From contig CP010424.1 in the NCBI GenBank assembly GCA_000830275.1, forward strand, positions 815,311 through 879,310: DNA of 64,000 bases. Direction: 5' to 3'. A program made the translations under genes and the position numbers. This DNA is from an archaeon GW2011_AR10. GTDB lineage: Archaea > Iainarchaeota > Iainarchaeia > Iainarchaeales > GW2011-AR10. Position 1 is the first letter of the stretch. The number at the start of each line of letters is the position of its first letter. Positions 1 to 9,847 of the stretch are shown here, one piece after another. The notes under the pieces were generated by a model. That model did not search any database and was not told the DNA's origin. It worked only from the letters and a program-made list of their open reading frames with translations.

Positions 1-1
1 G

Positions 2-157
2 CTGGCCCACATATTTTATGGCTCAATTGTGGAGGTTTTCGGCGCAGTAGTCCTTGGAGGAGTGCTTGCAAAAGCGTTTGAGAAAAACGGGAACTTAATC
101 CCAAACATTTTAGCTCACATGGTTTATAACTTGATTTTTGTGGTTACATTAATATGA
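2..157 (+). CDS. C-terminal fragment of a membrane protein, possibly a CPBP/CAAX-family intramembrane protease (5' end outside window).
   Basis: Open frame from the window edge, hydrophobic, ends ...ILAHMVYNLIFVVTLI* with an HxxxN-like motif typical of CPBP motif 3. Its stop overlaps the next ATG as ATGA. Confidence 0.3.
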   Translation: MAHIFYGSIVEVFGAVVLGGVLAKAFEKNGNLIPNILAHMVYNLIFVVTLI

Positions 158-768
158 CTGAACTGCTTAAAGTTTCCGGAAAAAACTTTTCAGATGTTAT
201 TGCTAAGGCAGCAGAAGTTCTGCGGAAAGGGGGAACCATTATTTATCCTACTGAAACTAGTTACGGGATTGGTGCAGATGCATTAAACAAAGAGGCCGTG
301 GAAAAAGTGAAAAAAATAAAGCAGCAAAATGAAAACAAACCTATTTCAGTTATTGTGGCTGATTTAGAAATGCTTTCAGAAATCGCGGAAACCAGTGAAA
401 CAACCAAAAAACTGGTGAAAAAGTTTATGCCTGGCGCGCTTACATTAATTGTTAGGAAGAGAAAAGGGTTTGAGTGGCTGAGCAGCGACCAAACAATTGC
501 TTTCAGGGTTTCATCAAATGCAACCGCCAGAGAGCTCTCCAAGAAACTTGGAAGACCCATTACTGCTACAAGCGCCAACGTTCATGGAGGAGGAGCCTTT
601 TATTCTGGCCGAGAAGCCTTTAGGGCTTTCAATGGAAAGGCAGATGCAATAATTGATGCAGGGGAACTTGAAAAAAAGCCGGCATCTACAATTTACAGTG
701 TTGTTTCCAACAAAGTTGTCAGGCTTGGAGAAATCGGAGAAAAAGAAATTGAAGAGGCATTGAAATGA
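154..768 (+). CDS. tsaC: L-threonylcarbamoyladenylate synthase, YrdC-domain only (TsaC/Sua5 family).
   Basis: 204 aa. YrdC fold signature IYPTETSYGIGADA, and ...ATSANVHGG. ATGA overlap with kae1. Confidence 0.8.
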   Translation: MTELLKVSGKNFSDVIAKAAEVLRKGGTIIYPTETSYGIGADALNKEAVEKVKKIKQQNENKPISVIVADLEMLSEIAETSETTKKLVKKFMPGALTLIVRKRKGFEWLSSDQTIAFRVSSNATARELSKKLGRPITATSANVHGGGAFYSGREAFRAFNGKADAIIDAGELEKKPASTIYSVVSNKVVRLGEIGEKEIEEALK

Positions 769-1742
769 TCTGCTTGGGCATTGAAAGCACTGCGCACACG
801 TTCGGTGTGGGAGTAGTTGACGAAAAATGCAGGGTTTTGGCCAATGAAAAGGACAGCCATTCAACTGAGGCCGGAGGCCTTATCCCAAGGGAGCTGACAG
901 ACCACCATGTGATGGCGGCACCGAAAGTAATAGAAAAAGCGCTTCAATCAGCTTCTGTTAAAATGAAAGACATTGAGGTAGTTGCTTTTTCTATTGGCCC
1001 TGGAATCGGGCCTGCACTGAAGGTTGGTGCAGTTGCTGCAAGAACGCTTTCACTAAAATATGGGAAGCCGCTGCTTGGAGTCAATCATCCAATTGCACAC
1101 ATTGAAATAGGGAAGACTGTTACCGGATGCAATGATCCGCTTGTGGTTTATGCAAGCGGCGGAAACACTCAAATAATCGGTTTTGATTCAGGCAAATACA
1201 GGGTTTACGGTGAAACGCTTGACACTGGTGTTGGAAATCTCCTGGACTCTTTTGGCAGAGAACTTGGCTTGGGTTTTCCGGCTGGCCCAAAAATTGACGC
1301 AATGTACTTTAAGGCAAACAAATTCATTGAACTGCCTTACTCAGTTAAAGGAATGGACCTCCACTTTTCCGGTTTGCTCACTGCTGCCAAGCAAAATATA
1401 GGAAAATGCTCTGAAAAGAATTTGGCGTACAGCTTAATGCACACTGCATTTGCAATGGTTACGGAGGTAACTGAAAGGGCATTGGCTCATACTGGAAAAA
1501 AAGAGGTTCTGCTTACAGGTGGCGTGGCCTGCTCTAAAGCCTTGCAGGAAATGATGGAAAAAATGTGCTATGCACGGAAGGCAAAACTTTTTGTTACTCC
1601 TCCAGCGCTGGCTGTTGACAACGGAGCAATGATTGCGTGGCTTGGGCTGATTCAGTTTAAGGCGGGGGACAGAATGAAGCTTGAGGAAACAGTTGTAAAG
1701 CAGAAATTCAGGGCTGACCAAGTAGTGGCTACTTGGATTTGA
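765..1742 (+). CDS. kae1: KEOPS catalytic subunit Kae1 (tRNA N6-threonylcarbamoyladenosine transferase).
   Basis: 325 aa. Motifs LGIESTAHTFGV, HxxxH metal site (HPIAHIE), ASGGNTQ. Translationally coupled to tsaC. Confidence 0.9.
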   Translation: MICLGIESTAHTFGVGVVDEKCRVLANEKDSHSTEAGGLIPRELTDHHVMAAPKVIEKALQSASVKMKDIEVVAFSIGPGIGPALKVGAVAARTLSLKYGKPLLGVNHPIAHIEIGKTVTGCNDPLVVYASGGNTQIIGFDSGKYRVYGETLDTGVGNLLDSFGRELGLGFPAGPKIDAMYFKANKFIELPYSVKGMDLHFSGLLTAAKQNIGKCSEKNLAYSLMHTAFAMVTEVTERALAHTGKKEVLLTGGVACSKALQEMMEKMCYARKAKLFVTPPALAVDNGAMIAWLGLIQFKAGDRMKLEETVVKQKFRADQVVATWI

Positions 1743-1747
1743 AGCCA

Positions 1748-2068
1748 TTACCTTTTCATTTTTCTTTTCACTGTTAATTCAAGGGTTTTAAGGGAGTCTC
1801 TTACTGCTTCTAGGAAAGCCCATTTCTCGGATTTTGCTTCAAAAAAGTGGTCCGGGGAACGCAGCATTGAAGTAACAGAGTATTTTTTTCTGCGGCCTTC
1901 AACTTCAAAGGCTTTTACATGCACTTTCAGGTTTGTCTCGCTTTTAATTATTGGCTTTAGCTTAAGGAACGTTTTTTCTCCTTCAGCTATTGCCTGGCTT
2001 CTTTCAAAGCTGTCTTCTTCCTTGATGCCTACAAACTTGATGAACTCTTTTTGGTTCACTTTTCCCAT
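1748..2068 (-). CDS. Hypothetical small basic protein (106 aa).
   Basis: ATG start with GGAGGT about 7 nt upstream. Convergent to kae1. No family recognised; weak resemblance to YfiA/HPF-like alpha/beta proteins is speculative. Confidence 0.5.
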   Translation of the reverse strand: MGKVNQKEFIKFVGIKEEDSFERSQAIAEGEKTFLKLKPIIKSETNLKVHVKAFEVEGRRKKYSVTSMLRSPDHFFEAKSEKWAFLEAVRDSLKTLELTVKRKMKR

Positions 2069-2104
2069 ATTATACCTCCAATTAATAACAAGCTTATTTT
2101 TGTT

Positions 2105-2413
2105 TTAATGAACTAGAGTTTTTCTTTCTTTCCTGAAAACTGAAGTGTAATGGTAAAGCCATACAACTGCAATTACTGTCAGAAGGAAAAGGAAAAGCTT
2201 CACGGGCCAGGAAATGGAAACAGCAGCAGGAAATGAAACGCCGGGATCAAACAGGAAAAGCAAGGCCATCAGCAGAAAAGTCACCAAAATGAGTTCTAAA
2301 ACCACCAGCGCAACAATTCGCGGATCTCCCTTTGCATTGCGAAGGTTTTTCCTTATTCCCTCGTTGGCTTCCTTGTTGAGTTTGCGGAGTTTATGTAATC
2401 TGCCTTCAGCCAT
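2105..2413 (-). CDS. Hypothetical membrane protein with two predicted TM helices.
   Basis: ATG start; basic N-terminus followed by two long hydrophobic stretches. Confidence 0.45.
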   Translation of the reverse strand: MAEGRLHKLRKLNKEANEGIRKNLRNAKGDPRIVALVVLELILVTFLLMALLFLFDPGVSFPAAVSISWPVKLFLFLLTVIAVVWLYHYTSVFRKERKTLVH

Positions 2414-2459
2414 ACAAGTAGAATGTAGTTAGTGGTATAAAATAATGGCGGTTGATGCC

Positions 2460-2897
2460 CTACTCTTGGATGATTCCGAGCTCGCGGTCAATTTCTTTGG
2501 CTGTTTTCTTCATTTTTGCAAAAACCCTTTCAACGTCTTCCTCTATCTCCTCTATTGTCCGGTAAATGCTCCTGCTCCTGGAAACGTACAAGCGGCCGTG
2601 CCTTACTATTAGGCCAGACCTAATGAGGTTGTTGAGGTGGTTAATTGTGGAGCCGCGGCTCATTCCAATCCTTTCAGCAAGCTCGGTTGAAGAGATGCTT
2701 TCATTGCTTTCAGTGGCCTTAACTATTTCCTTAAAGATGGAGGAAGCAGTCTTCTCCCTATCTATGGGCTCAAAGAAGCCCAGGCTTTGGCAGATCCAGT
2801 TCAATTCGTTGACTGGGTTGCCTGAAAAGGGCTTTTCGACCCTCTTAATGACAATTTTAAAGGCCAGCCTTTGCTTTTTTTCCTCCATAAAAAGCAT
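2460..2897 (-). CDS. Winged-helix/HTH transcriptional regulator (145 aa), divergent from grpE; candidate heat-shock operon regulator.
   Basis: The track ORF 2460..3317 overlaps grpE on the other strand, so the start was moved to the internal ATG (MLFMEEKKQ...). Recognition-helix-like segment SSTELAERIGMSRGSTINHLNNLIRSGLI. Confidence 0.5.
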   Translation of the reverse strand: MLFMEEKKQRLAFKIVIKRVEKPFSGNPVNELNWICQSLGFFEPIDREKTASSIFKEIVKATESNESISSTELAERIGMSRGSTINHLNNLIRSGLIVRHGRLYVSRSRSIYRTIEEIEEDVERVFAKMKKTAKEIDRELGIIQE

Positions 2898-3030
2898 AAT
2901 GCAGGAAACAAATAAAAAGGTTTTGACTAAAAGATATTTTAAAAGATTAAAAGTTTTAGACAATAGCAGGAACCGCTGAATAAATTTGGCAGCGGGATAA
3001 TTTTCTTGGCAGACAATACTCCATAATGGC

Positions 3031-3046
3031 ACTGGTTTTAACCAGT
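3031..3046. promoter_or_regulatory. Perfect palindrome ACTGGTTTTAACCAGT about 33 nt upstream of the grpE ATG; candidate operator. A TTGGCAG-N14-TTGGCAG direct repeat lies just upstream at 2986-3012.
   Basis: Read directly from the sequence. It sits between the divergent HTH regulator and grpE-dnaK-dnaJ. Confidence 0.35.
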
Positions 3047-3071
3047 GGAACATTGGGTTTTGAGTGATTAG

Positions 3072-3575
3072 ATGAAAAGGGAACAGCACAGAAAACCTGG
3101 CCTTAAAGAGCTGGAAATTGAGCTGGAAGAGCAGAAAAGGATGGCTGCAGATTTTAAGGAAACTGCTCAAAGGGTTCAGGCGGAGTTTGAAAACTATGGC
3201 AAAAGGGCGGAAATGGAAAAACAGTCCTTTCGGGAGTTCGCAAACGCGAAATTGATTGAAGAGTTTTTGCCTTTGCTTGACAGCTTTGACTCGGCAATAG
3301 AAAAAATTGGGAAACACAAAAGCATTTCAATTGGGGAAGCCGTTGAAGGAATTAGTTCACTTCAAAAGCAGCTTCTCAGAATACTTGAAAAAAACGGGTT
3401 AAAGCGGATTGAAGCGGAAGGCAATGAGTTTGACCCAAACCTGCACGAATGCATGCTGAAAGAAAAAATTGAAGGGAAGGAAGACGAAGTAGTTTTAGAG
3501 GAATTGCAGAAAGGATATTTGCTGAAGGAAAAAGTTTTAAGACCAAGCAAGGTGAAAATAAACAAACTGGAGTAG
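3072..3575 (+). CDS. grpE: Nucleotide exchange factor GrpE.
   Basis: 167 aa. Coiled-coil N-terminus and GrpE C-terminal motif ...EFDPNLHECM...GYLLKEKVLRPSKV. Lies upstream of dnaK. Confidence 0.85.
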   Translation: MKREQHRKPGLKELEIELEEQKRMAADFKETAQRVQAEFENYGKRAEMEKQSFREFANAKLIEEFLPLLDSFDSAIEKIGKHKSISIGEAVEGISSLQKQLLRILEKNGLKRIEAEGNEFDPNLHECMLKEKIEGKEDEVVLEELQKGYLLKEKVLRPSKVKINKLE

Positions 3576-3584
3576 TGATGTGTG

Positions 3585-5471
3585 ATGGCAAAAATAATTG
3601 GAATTGATTTGGGAACATCTAATTCAGCTGCAGCAATGCTTGAAAGTGGCAAGCCCAAGATTATTCCAAGCGCGGAAGGTTCTTCCCTGTACGGAAAATC
3701 TTTTCCGAGCTATGTAGCGTTCACAAAAGGCGGCCAAACACTTGTGGGAGAGCCTGCCAGAAGGCAGGCTGTAAGCAACCCGAAAAGAACATTCACTGCT
3801 TTCAAGAGAAAGATGGGAACAGACTACAAATTCATGGTTGAAGGCAGAGAGTACACGCCGCAACAGCTTTCAGCATTTATTTTACAGAAAATCAAGAAGG
3901 ATGCGGAAGAGTTTCTGGGGGATAAAGTTGAAAAGGCAGTCATAACAGTGCCGGCATACTTTGACGACAACCAGAGGCAAGCAACAAAGGATGCTGGAAA
4001 AATTGCCGGGCTGGAAGTAATCAGAATAATAAATGAGCCAACTGCTGCATCACTCGCGTACGGCCTTGACAAGAAGGGAAAAGAACACAGAATAGTAGTG
4101 TTTGACTTAGGCGGTGGAACACTTGATGTAACTGTCATGGAGTTCGGCGACGGAGTATTCGAGGTTAAAAGCACAAGCGGCGACACACAGCTTGGAGGAA
4201 TGGACATGGACCAGGCAGTGGCTGACTTCATCATAAAAGAATTCAGGAAACAGGAGGGAGTAGACTTAAGCAAGGATGCAATGGCAATGCAGAGGGTGCT
4301 TGAAGCCGGGGAAAAAGCAAAAATAGAGTTGAGCACTGTACTGGAAACTGACATTAATCTCCCATACATTACTGCAACTGACCAGGGGCCAAAGCACTTG
4401 GCAATGAGTATTTCAAGGTCAAAGCTTGAGCAGCTCGTTGAACCAATCATCAAGAAATGCGATAAGCCATTGCAGCAGGCGCTTGCCGACGCAAAGATGA
4501 CGCCAAGCGATGTTGACAAGGTGATTATGGTTGGGGGCCCGACAAGAATGCCTATAGTGCAGAAGTTTGTGGAAAACATTGTTGGAACAAAAGTTGAAAG
4601 AGGCGTTGACCCGATGGAGTGCGTTGCAATGGGTGCAGCAATTCAGGCAGGAGTTCTAACAGGGGAAGTGAAAGACATACTGCTGCTTGATGTAACGCCG
4701 TTAACGCTTGGAATTGAAACTCTTGGAGGAGTGATGACAAAGCTCATTTCAAGGAACACAACGATTCCAACCAAAAAATCCCAGGTTTTCAGCACTGCCG
4801 CAGACAACCAGACGGCTGTTGACATTCACGTGCTTCAAGGCGAACGGGAACTGGCCTCAGACAACAAGTCACTTGGCAGGTTCCAGTTGATTGGAATACC
4901 GCCTGCCCCAAGAGGCATTCCGCAAGTAGAGGTAACGTTTGACATTGACGCAAACGGCATACTCAATGTAAAGGCAAAGGACCTTGGAACAGGAAAAGAG
5001 CAGAGCATTAAGATTATTGCAAGCCAGAAGCTCAACGAGCAGGAAATTGAGAAAATGAAAAAGGAGGCAGAACAGTTTGCAGCAGATGACAAGAGAAGAA
5101 GGGATGAAATAGAAACAATAAACCAAGCCGACAGCGTTGTGTACAGCACAAAAAAACTGCTGGAAGAAATGAGGGGAAAAATCGGTTCAGACAAGGAAGA
5201 GCGGATACGGAAAGGCATTTCAGAACTTGAAGAGCTGCTGAAACCGGAAAAAAAAGATACTGCAAAAATCAAGGCAAAGCTGGATGAAGTGAACAGAATC
5301 GTGCAGGAAGCCTCAGTAGAGCTTTACAGAAAAGCCTCACAAAAAACTGAAAACCAGCAGTCAGCGCAGCCGCAGGGTGAGGAGAAGCCAAAGAGCCGCA
5401 AAAGCAGGAAAGGGGAAAAAGTGGTTGATGCTGATTACAGCGTTGAAGAAGACGATAAAGAGGAAGACTAA
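3585..5471 (+). CDS. dnaK: Hsp70 chaperone DnaK.
   Basis: [19 protein letters not shown], and an EEDD tail. The track starts at GTG 3582; the ATG one codon later gives the canonical [11 protein letters not shown]. Confidence 0.95.
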   Translation: MAKIIGIDLGTSNSAAAMLESGKPKIIPSAEGSSLYGKSFPSYVAFTKGGQTLVGEPARRQAVSNPKRTFTAFKRKMGTDYKFMVEGREYTPQQLSAFILQKIKKDAEEFLGDKVEKAVITVPAYFDDNQRQATKDAGKIAGLEVIRIINEPTAASLAYGLDKKGKEHRIVVFDLGGGTLDVTVMEFGDGVFEVKSTSGDTQLGGMDMDQAVADFIIKEFRKQEGVDLSKDAMAMQRVLEAGEKAKIELSTVLETDINLPYITATDQGPKHLAMSISRSKLEQLVEPIIKKCDKPLQQALADAKMTPSDVDKVIMVGGPTRMPIVQKFVENIVGTKVERGVDPMECVAMGAAIQAGVLTGEVKDILLLDVTPLTLGIETLGGVMTKLISRNTTIPTKKSQVFSTAADNQTAVDIHVLQGERELASDNKSLGRFQLIGIPPAPRGIPQVEVTFDIDANGILNVKAKDLGTGKEQSIKIIASQKLNEQEIEKMKKEAEQFAADDKRRRDEIETINQADSVVYSTKKLLEEMRGKIGSDKEERIRKGISELEELLKPEKKDTAKIKAKLDEVNRIVQEASVELYRKASQKTENQQSAQPQGEEKPKSRKSRKGEKVVDADYSVEEDDKEED

Positions 5472-5527
5472 CTCTGTGCCCTATGCAGTTGACACAGTGA
5501 TTAATAAAATTGCTTTACTGGTTTTTT

Positions 5528-6673
5528 ATGGCTAAGCAGGACTACTACAATGTTTTAGGCGTTTCAAAAAACGCTTCACAGGAAGATATCAAGGCAGCCT
5601 ACAAGAGGCTGGCCAAACAGTTCCACCCTGATGTAAGCTCTGATCCTCAAGCGGAGGAAAAGTTCAAAGAGGTTCTGGAAGCATACAATGTTCTAAGCGA
5701 CCAGCAGAAACGCCACAACTATGATCAGTTCGGGCATGACGCTGAAAGGTTTTCCGGCTTCGGAGGTTTTAGGGCAGGAGATTTCTCAAACATTGAATTT
5801 GATTTTGAAGAAATTTTTTCGGATTTTGGATTTGGCAGAAGCCCGTTCTCAGATATTTTTGGCGCAGCTTTCGGAAAGCAGGGCAGAAGGCAAAGCAGGG
5901 GAACTGACATATTAAAGCAGGTCAGCATTTCATTTGAGGAAGCTGCTTTTGGAACAGAAAAAGAAATTGAAGTTGAAAGGATTGAGGCTTGCCATTCGTG
6001 CAGTGGAACAGGCAGGGGAAGAAACTCAAAGGAGGTTAACTGTGAGGCCTGCAATGGCGCAGGCTTCCAGAGAAGAGTTAGGCAGACTTTTTTGGGAACA
6101 ATTGCTACGCAAACAACATGCAATAAATGCGGAGGGGAAGGAAAAACAATCAAGGACCCATGCAAGAGCTGCAGCGGAAACGGCACGGTTAAAAAGTCAA
6201 GAAAAATAAAGGTTAAAATCCCAGCAGGAATCAATTCCGGGAATCACCTGCGCATTGCAGGCGAGGGAAATGCCGGTGAACGAAATGCCTCAGCAGGAAA
6301 CCTTTTCATTGTGGTGTTCGTTGAACCACATGAAGTATTCAAAAGAGACGGCAAAGACATATTCATGGAAATGCCCTTGAGTTTTTCTGAGGCAGCTCTT
6401 GGCATTACAATTGAAGCCCCAACCCTTAAGGGGAAAGCGAAAGTGAGAATCCCTGCCAGCACGCAGACAGGCACTATTTTCAAGCTAAGGGGCCAAGGCA
6501 TAAAAGAAGTAGGCTCCTCTGTCTTCGGAGACCAGTTTATTAAAGTCATCGTGCAGACTCCTGAAAGAATGACGCAAAAACAGCGGAAACTCTTTGAAGA
6601 GCTTGCAGAAGAAGAAGGAACTAAAAATAAAAGGGACGGCTTCTTTGACAGGCTGGCGGGAAAATTCAGCTAA
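5528..6673 (+). CDS. dnaJ: Hsp40 co-chaperone DnaJ (type I, with zinc-finger CxxCxGxG repeats).
   Basis: J-domain with HPD (FHPDVSSD), a G/F region and four CxxCxG motifs. Start moved from the track's TTG to the internal ATG (MAKQDYY). Confidence 0.9.
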   Translation: MAKQDYYNVLGVSKNASQEDIKAAYKRLAKQFHPDVSSDPQAEEKFKEVLEAYNVLSDQQKRHNYDQFGHDAERFSGFGGFRAGDFSNIEFDFEEIFSDFGFGRSPFSDIFGAAFGKQGRRQSRGTDILKQVSISFEEAAFGTEKEIEVERIEACHSCSGTGRGRNSKEVNCEACNGAGFQRRVRQTFLGTIATQTTCNKCGGEGKTIKDPCKSCSGNGTVKKSRKIKVKIPAGINSGNHLRIAGEGNAGERNASAGNLFIVVFVEPHEVFKRDGKDIFMEMPLSFSEAALGITIEAPTLKGKAKVRIPASTQTGTIFKLRGQGIKEVGSSVFGDQFIKVIVQTPERMTQKQRKLFEELAEEEGTKNKRDGFFDRLAGKFS

Positions 6674-6820
6674 AGACAGCGGGTTTCTTTGGTTGTTAAA
6701 ATTTTGTTAAAATTATTACCCGGCATAATTCATTAGGTGTTTTTCCAGCATGTGCTGAAAACCCTTTTAATAGCTTTTTCTTCCAAGAAATAGGTAACTT
6801 GAAGCGTTCAGGTTTTAGCC

Positions 6821-9229
6821 ATGGCAGATAACGGACCTGATTTTAAGGCAATTGAGGCAAAATGGCAGAGAAACTGGGAGAAAAACAGGCTTTACAAGTT
6901 TGACCCAAATGCAAAAGGAAGCATTTACTCTGTTGATACTCCCCCGCCAACCGTTTCCGGGAGAATGCATTTAGGGCACGCGTTTTCCTACACGCAGGCA
7001 GACTTCATTGTAAGGTACAAGAGAATGAGGGGATTCAGCATATTCTATCCTTTTGGCTGGGATGATAATGGGCTTGCAACTGAAAGGCTCGTGGAAAAGA
7101 ACAGGAAAATCCGGGCAAAAGATTTCACGAGAAAAGAGTTCATACGAATTTGCCTTGAGGAAACAAGGAAAGTTGAAGAGCAGCTTTTTGAAGACTTCAG
7201 CTCGCTGGGTTTAAGCGTTGACTGGAGCATAACCTATAGGACAATCGATGAATTGGCAAGAAAAATTGCGCAGACAAGCTTCCTTGACCTGCACAAAAAG
7301 GGGCGAGTTTATCAGAAGGAAGCACCGAGCATGTGGTGCCCAACGTGTGAAACTGCAATTGCCCAAGCCGAACTTGAAGACAGGGAACTTGAAAGCGCTT
7401 TCAACGACATTTACTTTGAGATTGAAAGCGGCGAAAAAATAGTTATTGCAACAACAAGGCCAGAGCTGCTGCCTGCATGCGTTGCAGTTTTTGTGCACCC
7501 AACAGATGAAAGGTACAAAAAGATTGTCGGAAAAAAAGCAAAGGTGCCATTGTTTAACCAGCTGGTTCAGATTTTAACAGATGAAAGGGCAGATCCAAGC
7601 AAGGGAACAGGCATAGTGATGTGCTGCACTTTCGGTGACCAAACAGACATGGAGTGGTATTACGCGCACAAGCTGCCATTAAAGGAGGCAATAACAAAGG
7701 ATGGAAGGATGAGTGAACTGGCAGGAAAATTCAAGGGAAAGCGAATAACTGAAGCAAGGAAAGAAATCCTAGAGGAACTGAAAATAGCTGGGCTGCTTGC
7801 AAAGCAGAAAAAAATCGTTCACTCGGTGAACGTTCATGAGAGGTGCAAGACCGAGGTGGAAATAATCCACACCAAGCAGTGGTTCGTGAAATACCTTGAC
7901 CTCAAGGAAGAATTCATTGTCAAAGCAGAGGAAATCAGGTGGTTTCCAAAGCACATGAAAGTAAGGTATGACAACTGGATTAAGGGGCTGCAGTGGGACT
8001 GGAGTATTTCAAGGCAGAGGTTTTTTGGAGTGCCTTTCCCAGTATGGTACTGCAAGAAGTGCGGCAACATAATCTTGGCAGAGGAAAAAGCGCTTCCTGT
8101 TGATCCTCTGCAGGATAAGCCAAGCAAAAAATGCAGGTGCGGAAGCAACGAGTTTGAAGCCGAAAAAGATGTTATGGACACATGGTTTACTTCCTCGCTT
8201 ACACCACAAATCAATGGAAAGTGGACTGTTGATGAAAAGCTGTTTAAGAAACTTTACCCAATGAGTTTGAGGCCGCAAGCACACGATATTATCACTTTGT
8301 GGGCATTCAACACAATCGTGAAAGGATTGTTCCATCAGGGCAGGATTCCCTGGAAAGACATAATGATTTCTGGGCATGCACTTGATCCAAAGGGAAGGAA
8401 GATGAGCAAAAGTTTGGGAAACGCAGTTGACCCTGTTGGAATGATTGAGAAGTACAGTGCTGACAGCCTCCGCTACTGGGCTGCAGCAGCCTCTCTGGGG
8501 GAAGATTTGCCGTTCCAAGAAAAAGAAATGGTTGCAGGAAAAAAGTTTGCCACAAAGCTGTTCAACGCAAGCTGGTTTGTTGAAGCTGCAACAAAAGACT
8601 TTTACTTGGGCAAATCGGATGAGAAAAAGCTTGAGTTTAAAGTTCTGGACAGATGGATTTTAAGCAGGCTAAACAAAGTAAAGAAAGAGGCAGAACAAGG
8701 TTTTGAGCGCTACGAGTTTGCACCTGCGCTTAATGCGGCCAGAAACTTTTTCTGGCTTGAGTTTGCCGATTATTACATTGAGGAGATAAAGCACCGGGTT
8801 TACAATAAAAAGGATTCAAGCAGGAAAGCAGCACAGTACACTTTGCTTAAAGTTTTGCTGGATATAGTGAAGATTGTTGCCCCGATAATGCCTCACTTGG
8901 CTGAGGAAATAATGAATTCAAGTTTCAAAAATTACCTGAAGGAAAAAAGCGTTCACTTGGAGGAATGGCCAGTGGCAGAGGAAAGATGGGTTGATGAAAA
9001 ATCTGAAAAGGCTGCTTTGGCAATTAATAATGTGATCTCTAAAATCAGGAAGTTCAAGAGCCAGAACAGCATAGCCTTGAACAGGGAAGTAAGCAAAGCA
9101 GTCGTAATCGCTGGAAAAGACGATTTGGCAAGTCTGAAGGAAAACCTTGAAGAAATCAGGAAAATAATGTTTGTGAAAGAAATTGAAGTAAGGCAGGGAA
9201 AAGAGTTTTCGGTTGAAGTAAAGGCTTAG
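6821..9229 (+). CDS. valS: Class I aminoacyl-tRNA synthetase, most consistent with valyl-tRNA synthetase (short, 802 aa).
   Basis: PPPTVSGRMHLGHA (HIGH motif) followed by IVRYKRMRG, and KMSKSLGN. A size below 900 aa argues against IleRS and LeuRS. Confidence 0.75.
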   Translation: MADNGPDFKAIEAKWQRNWEKNRLYKFDPNAKGSIYSVDTPPPTVSGRMHLGHAFSYTQADFIVRYKRMRGFSIFYPFGWDDNGLATERLVEKNRKIRAKDFTRKEFIRICLEETRKVEEQLFEDFSSLGLSVDWSITYRTIDELARKIAQTSFLDLHKKGRVYQKEAPSMWCPTCETAIAQAELEDRELESAFNDIYFEIESGEKIVIATTRPELLPACVAVFVHPTDERYKKIVGKKAKVPLFNQLVQILTDERADPSKGTGIVMCCTFGDQTDMEWYYAHKLPLKEAITKDGRMSELAGKFKGKRITEARKEILEELKIAGLLAKQKKIVHSVNVHERCKTEVEIIHTKQWFVKYLDLKEEFIVKAEEIRWFPKHMKVRYDNWIKGLQWDWSISRQRFFGVPFPVWYCKKCGNIILAEEKALPVDPLQDKPSKKCRCGSNEFEAEKDVMDTWFTSSLTPQINGKWTVDEKLFKKLYPMSLRPQAHDIITLWAFNTIVKGLFHQGRIPWKDIMISGHALDPKGRKMSKSLGNAVDPVGMIEKYSADSLRYWAAAASLGEDLPFQEKEMVAGKKFATKLFNASWFVEAATKDFYLGKSDEKKLEFKVLDRWILSRLNKVKKEAEQGFERYEFAPALNAARNFFWLEFADYYIEEIKHRVYNKKDSSRKAAQYTLLKVLLDIVKIVAPIMPHLAEEIMNSSFKNYLKEKSVHLEEWPVAEERWVDEKSEKAALAINNVISKIRKFKSQNSIALNREVSKAVVIAGKDDLASLKENLEEIRKIMFVKEIEVRQGKEFSVEVKA

Positions 9230-9293
9230 CTGGCAGAAGGCACGTGCAGAAGCTTTAAATATTAAAATATCTTTGATTAATAGGGGTTTTTCC

Positions 9294-9836
9294 ATGAAGA
9301 GGTTTCTCCTGATTATTGCAGTTTTGGTGTTGGTTATAATTGTTGCGACGGGCTTTTTTTCAAGGCTGCAAGCAGACCCTATTGCGGAGTTCAAAGCAGT
9401 TGAGGAAAAGTTTGGGTTAAGCGGGGAAAAGATTGTGCCAGCAAGCGCTGGAGAACTTTCAGATTACAAGAAAGAATTGCTGGAACTGAGGGCGCGCTTC
9501 AGGGGCCAGAAAGATTTGGATCTGCTTGTTTCAATGAAACTTGACTTGGTTGAAATGGAGCAGTCGCTCCTTGAAGTGCAGCAGGAATTCAGCAGGGTTG
9601 ACAGGCTTAACCCTGACTGTTCAAGCGAAGGAAGAATTGCAAAAATCAGGGATTTAATTGAGAATGCTAAGGCAAAGGCCGGGCTTGCACTAAACAAGCG
9701 AACGCTTTTCCTATCTGATTATGGGCAGCAGGCAAACCAGCTGGAGTCAATTAACTGGCAGGGTTTTGAGGACACAGTTAACGGGGTAATGCTCGGCGCG
9801 GAATCAATTCAAACAATTATTAACTCTTATTGTTAG
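9294..9836 (+). CDS. Hypothetical protein (180 aa) with an N-terminal membrane anchor.
   Basis: Start moved to the ATG (MKRFLLIIAVLVLVIIV...), preceded by AGGGG. Single N-terminal TM helix, then a charged domain. Confidence 0.45.
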   Translation: MKRFLLIIAVLVLVIIVATGFFSRLQADPIAEFKAVEEKFGLSGEKIVPASAGELSDYKKELLELRARFRGQKDLDLLVSMKLDLVEMEQSLLEVQQEFSRVDRLNPDCSSEGRIAKIRDLIENAKAKAGLALNKRTLFLSDYGQQANQLESINWQGFEDTVNGVMLGAESIQTIINSYC

Positions 9837-9847
9837 AAAAAATTCTT

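Noticed and set aside
2460-3317. Full 285-aa ORF as the regulator gene.
   Set aside because: Its 5' portion overlaps grpE on the opposite strand and is low-complexity. Only the C-terminal 145 aa from the internal ATG look like a real HTH protein.
3824-4579. Long antisense ORFs inside dnaK and other highly conserved genes (for example 14581-15276 in secD, 39644-40360 and 41264-43270 inside the 1411-aa gene, 58159-58542 and 59936-60667 inside the giant gene).
   Set aside because: They are fully embedded in confidently identified genes on the other strand and have biased low-complexity translations. Treated as shadows.
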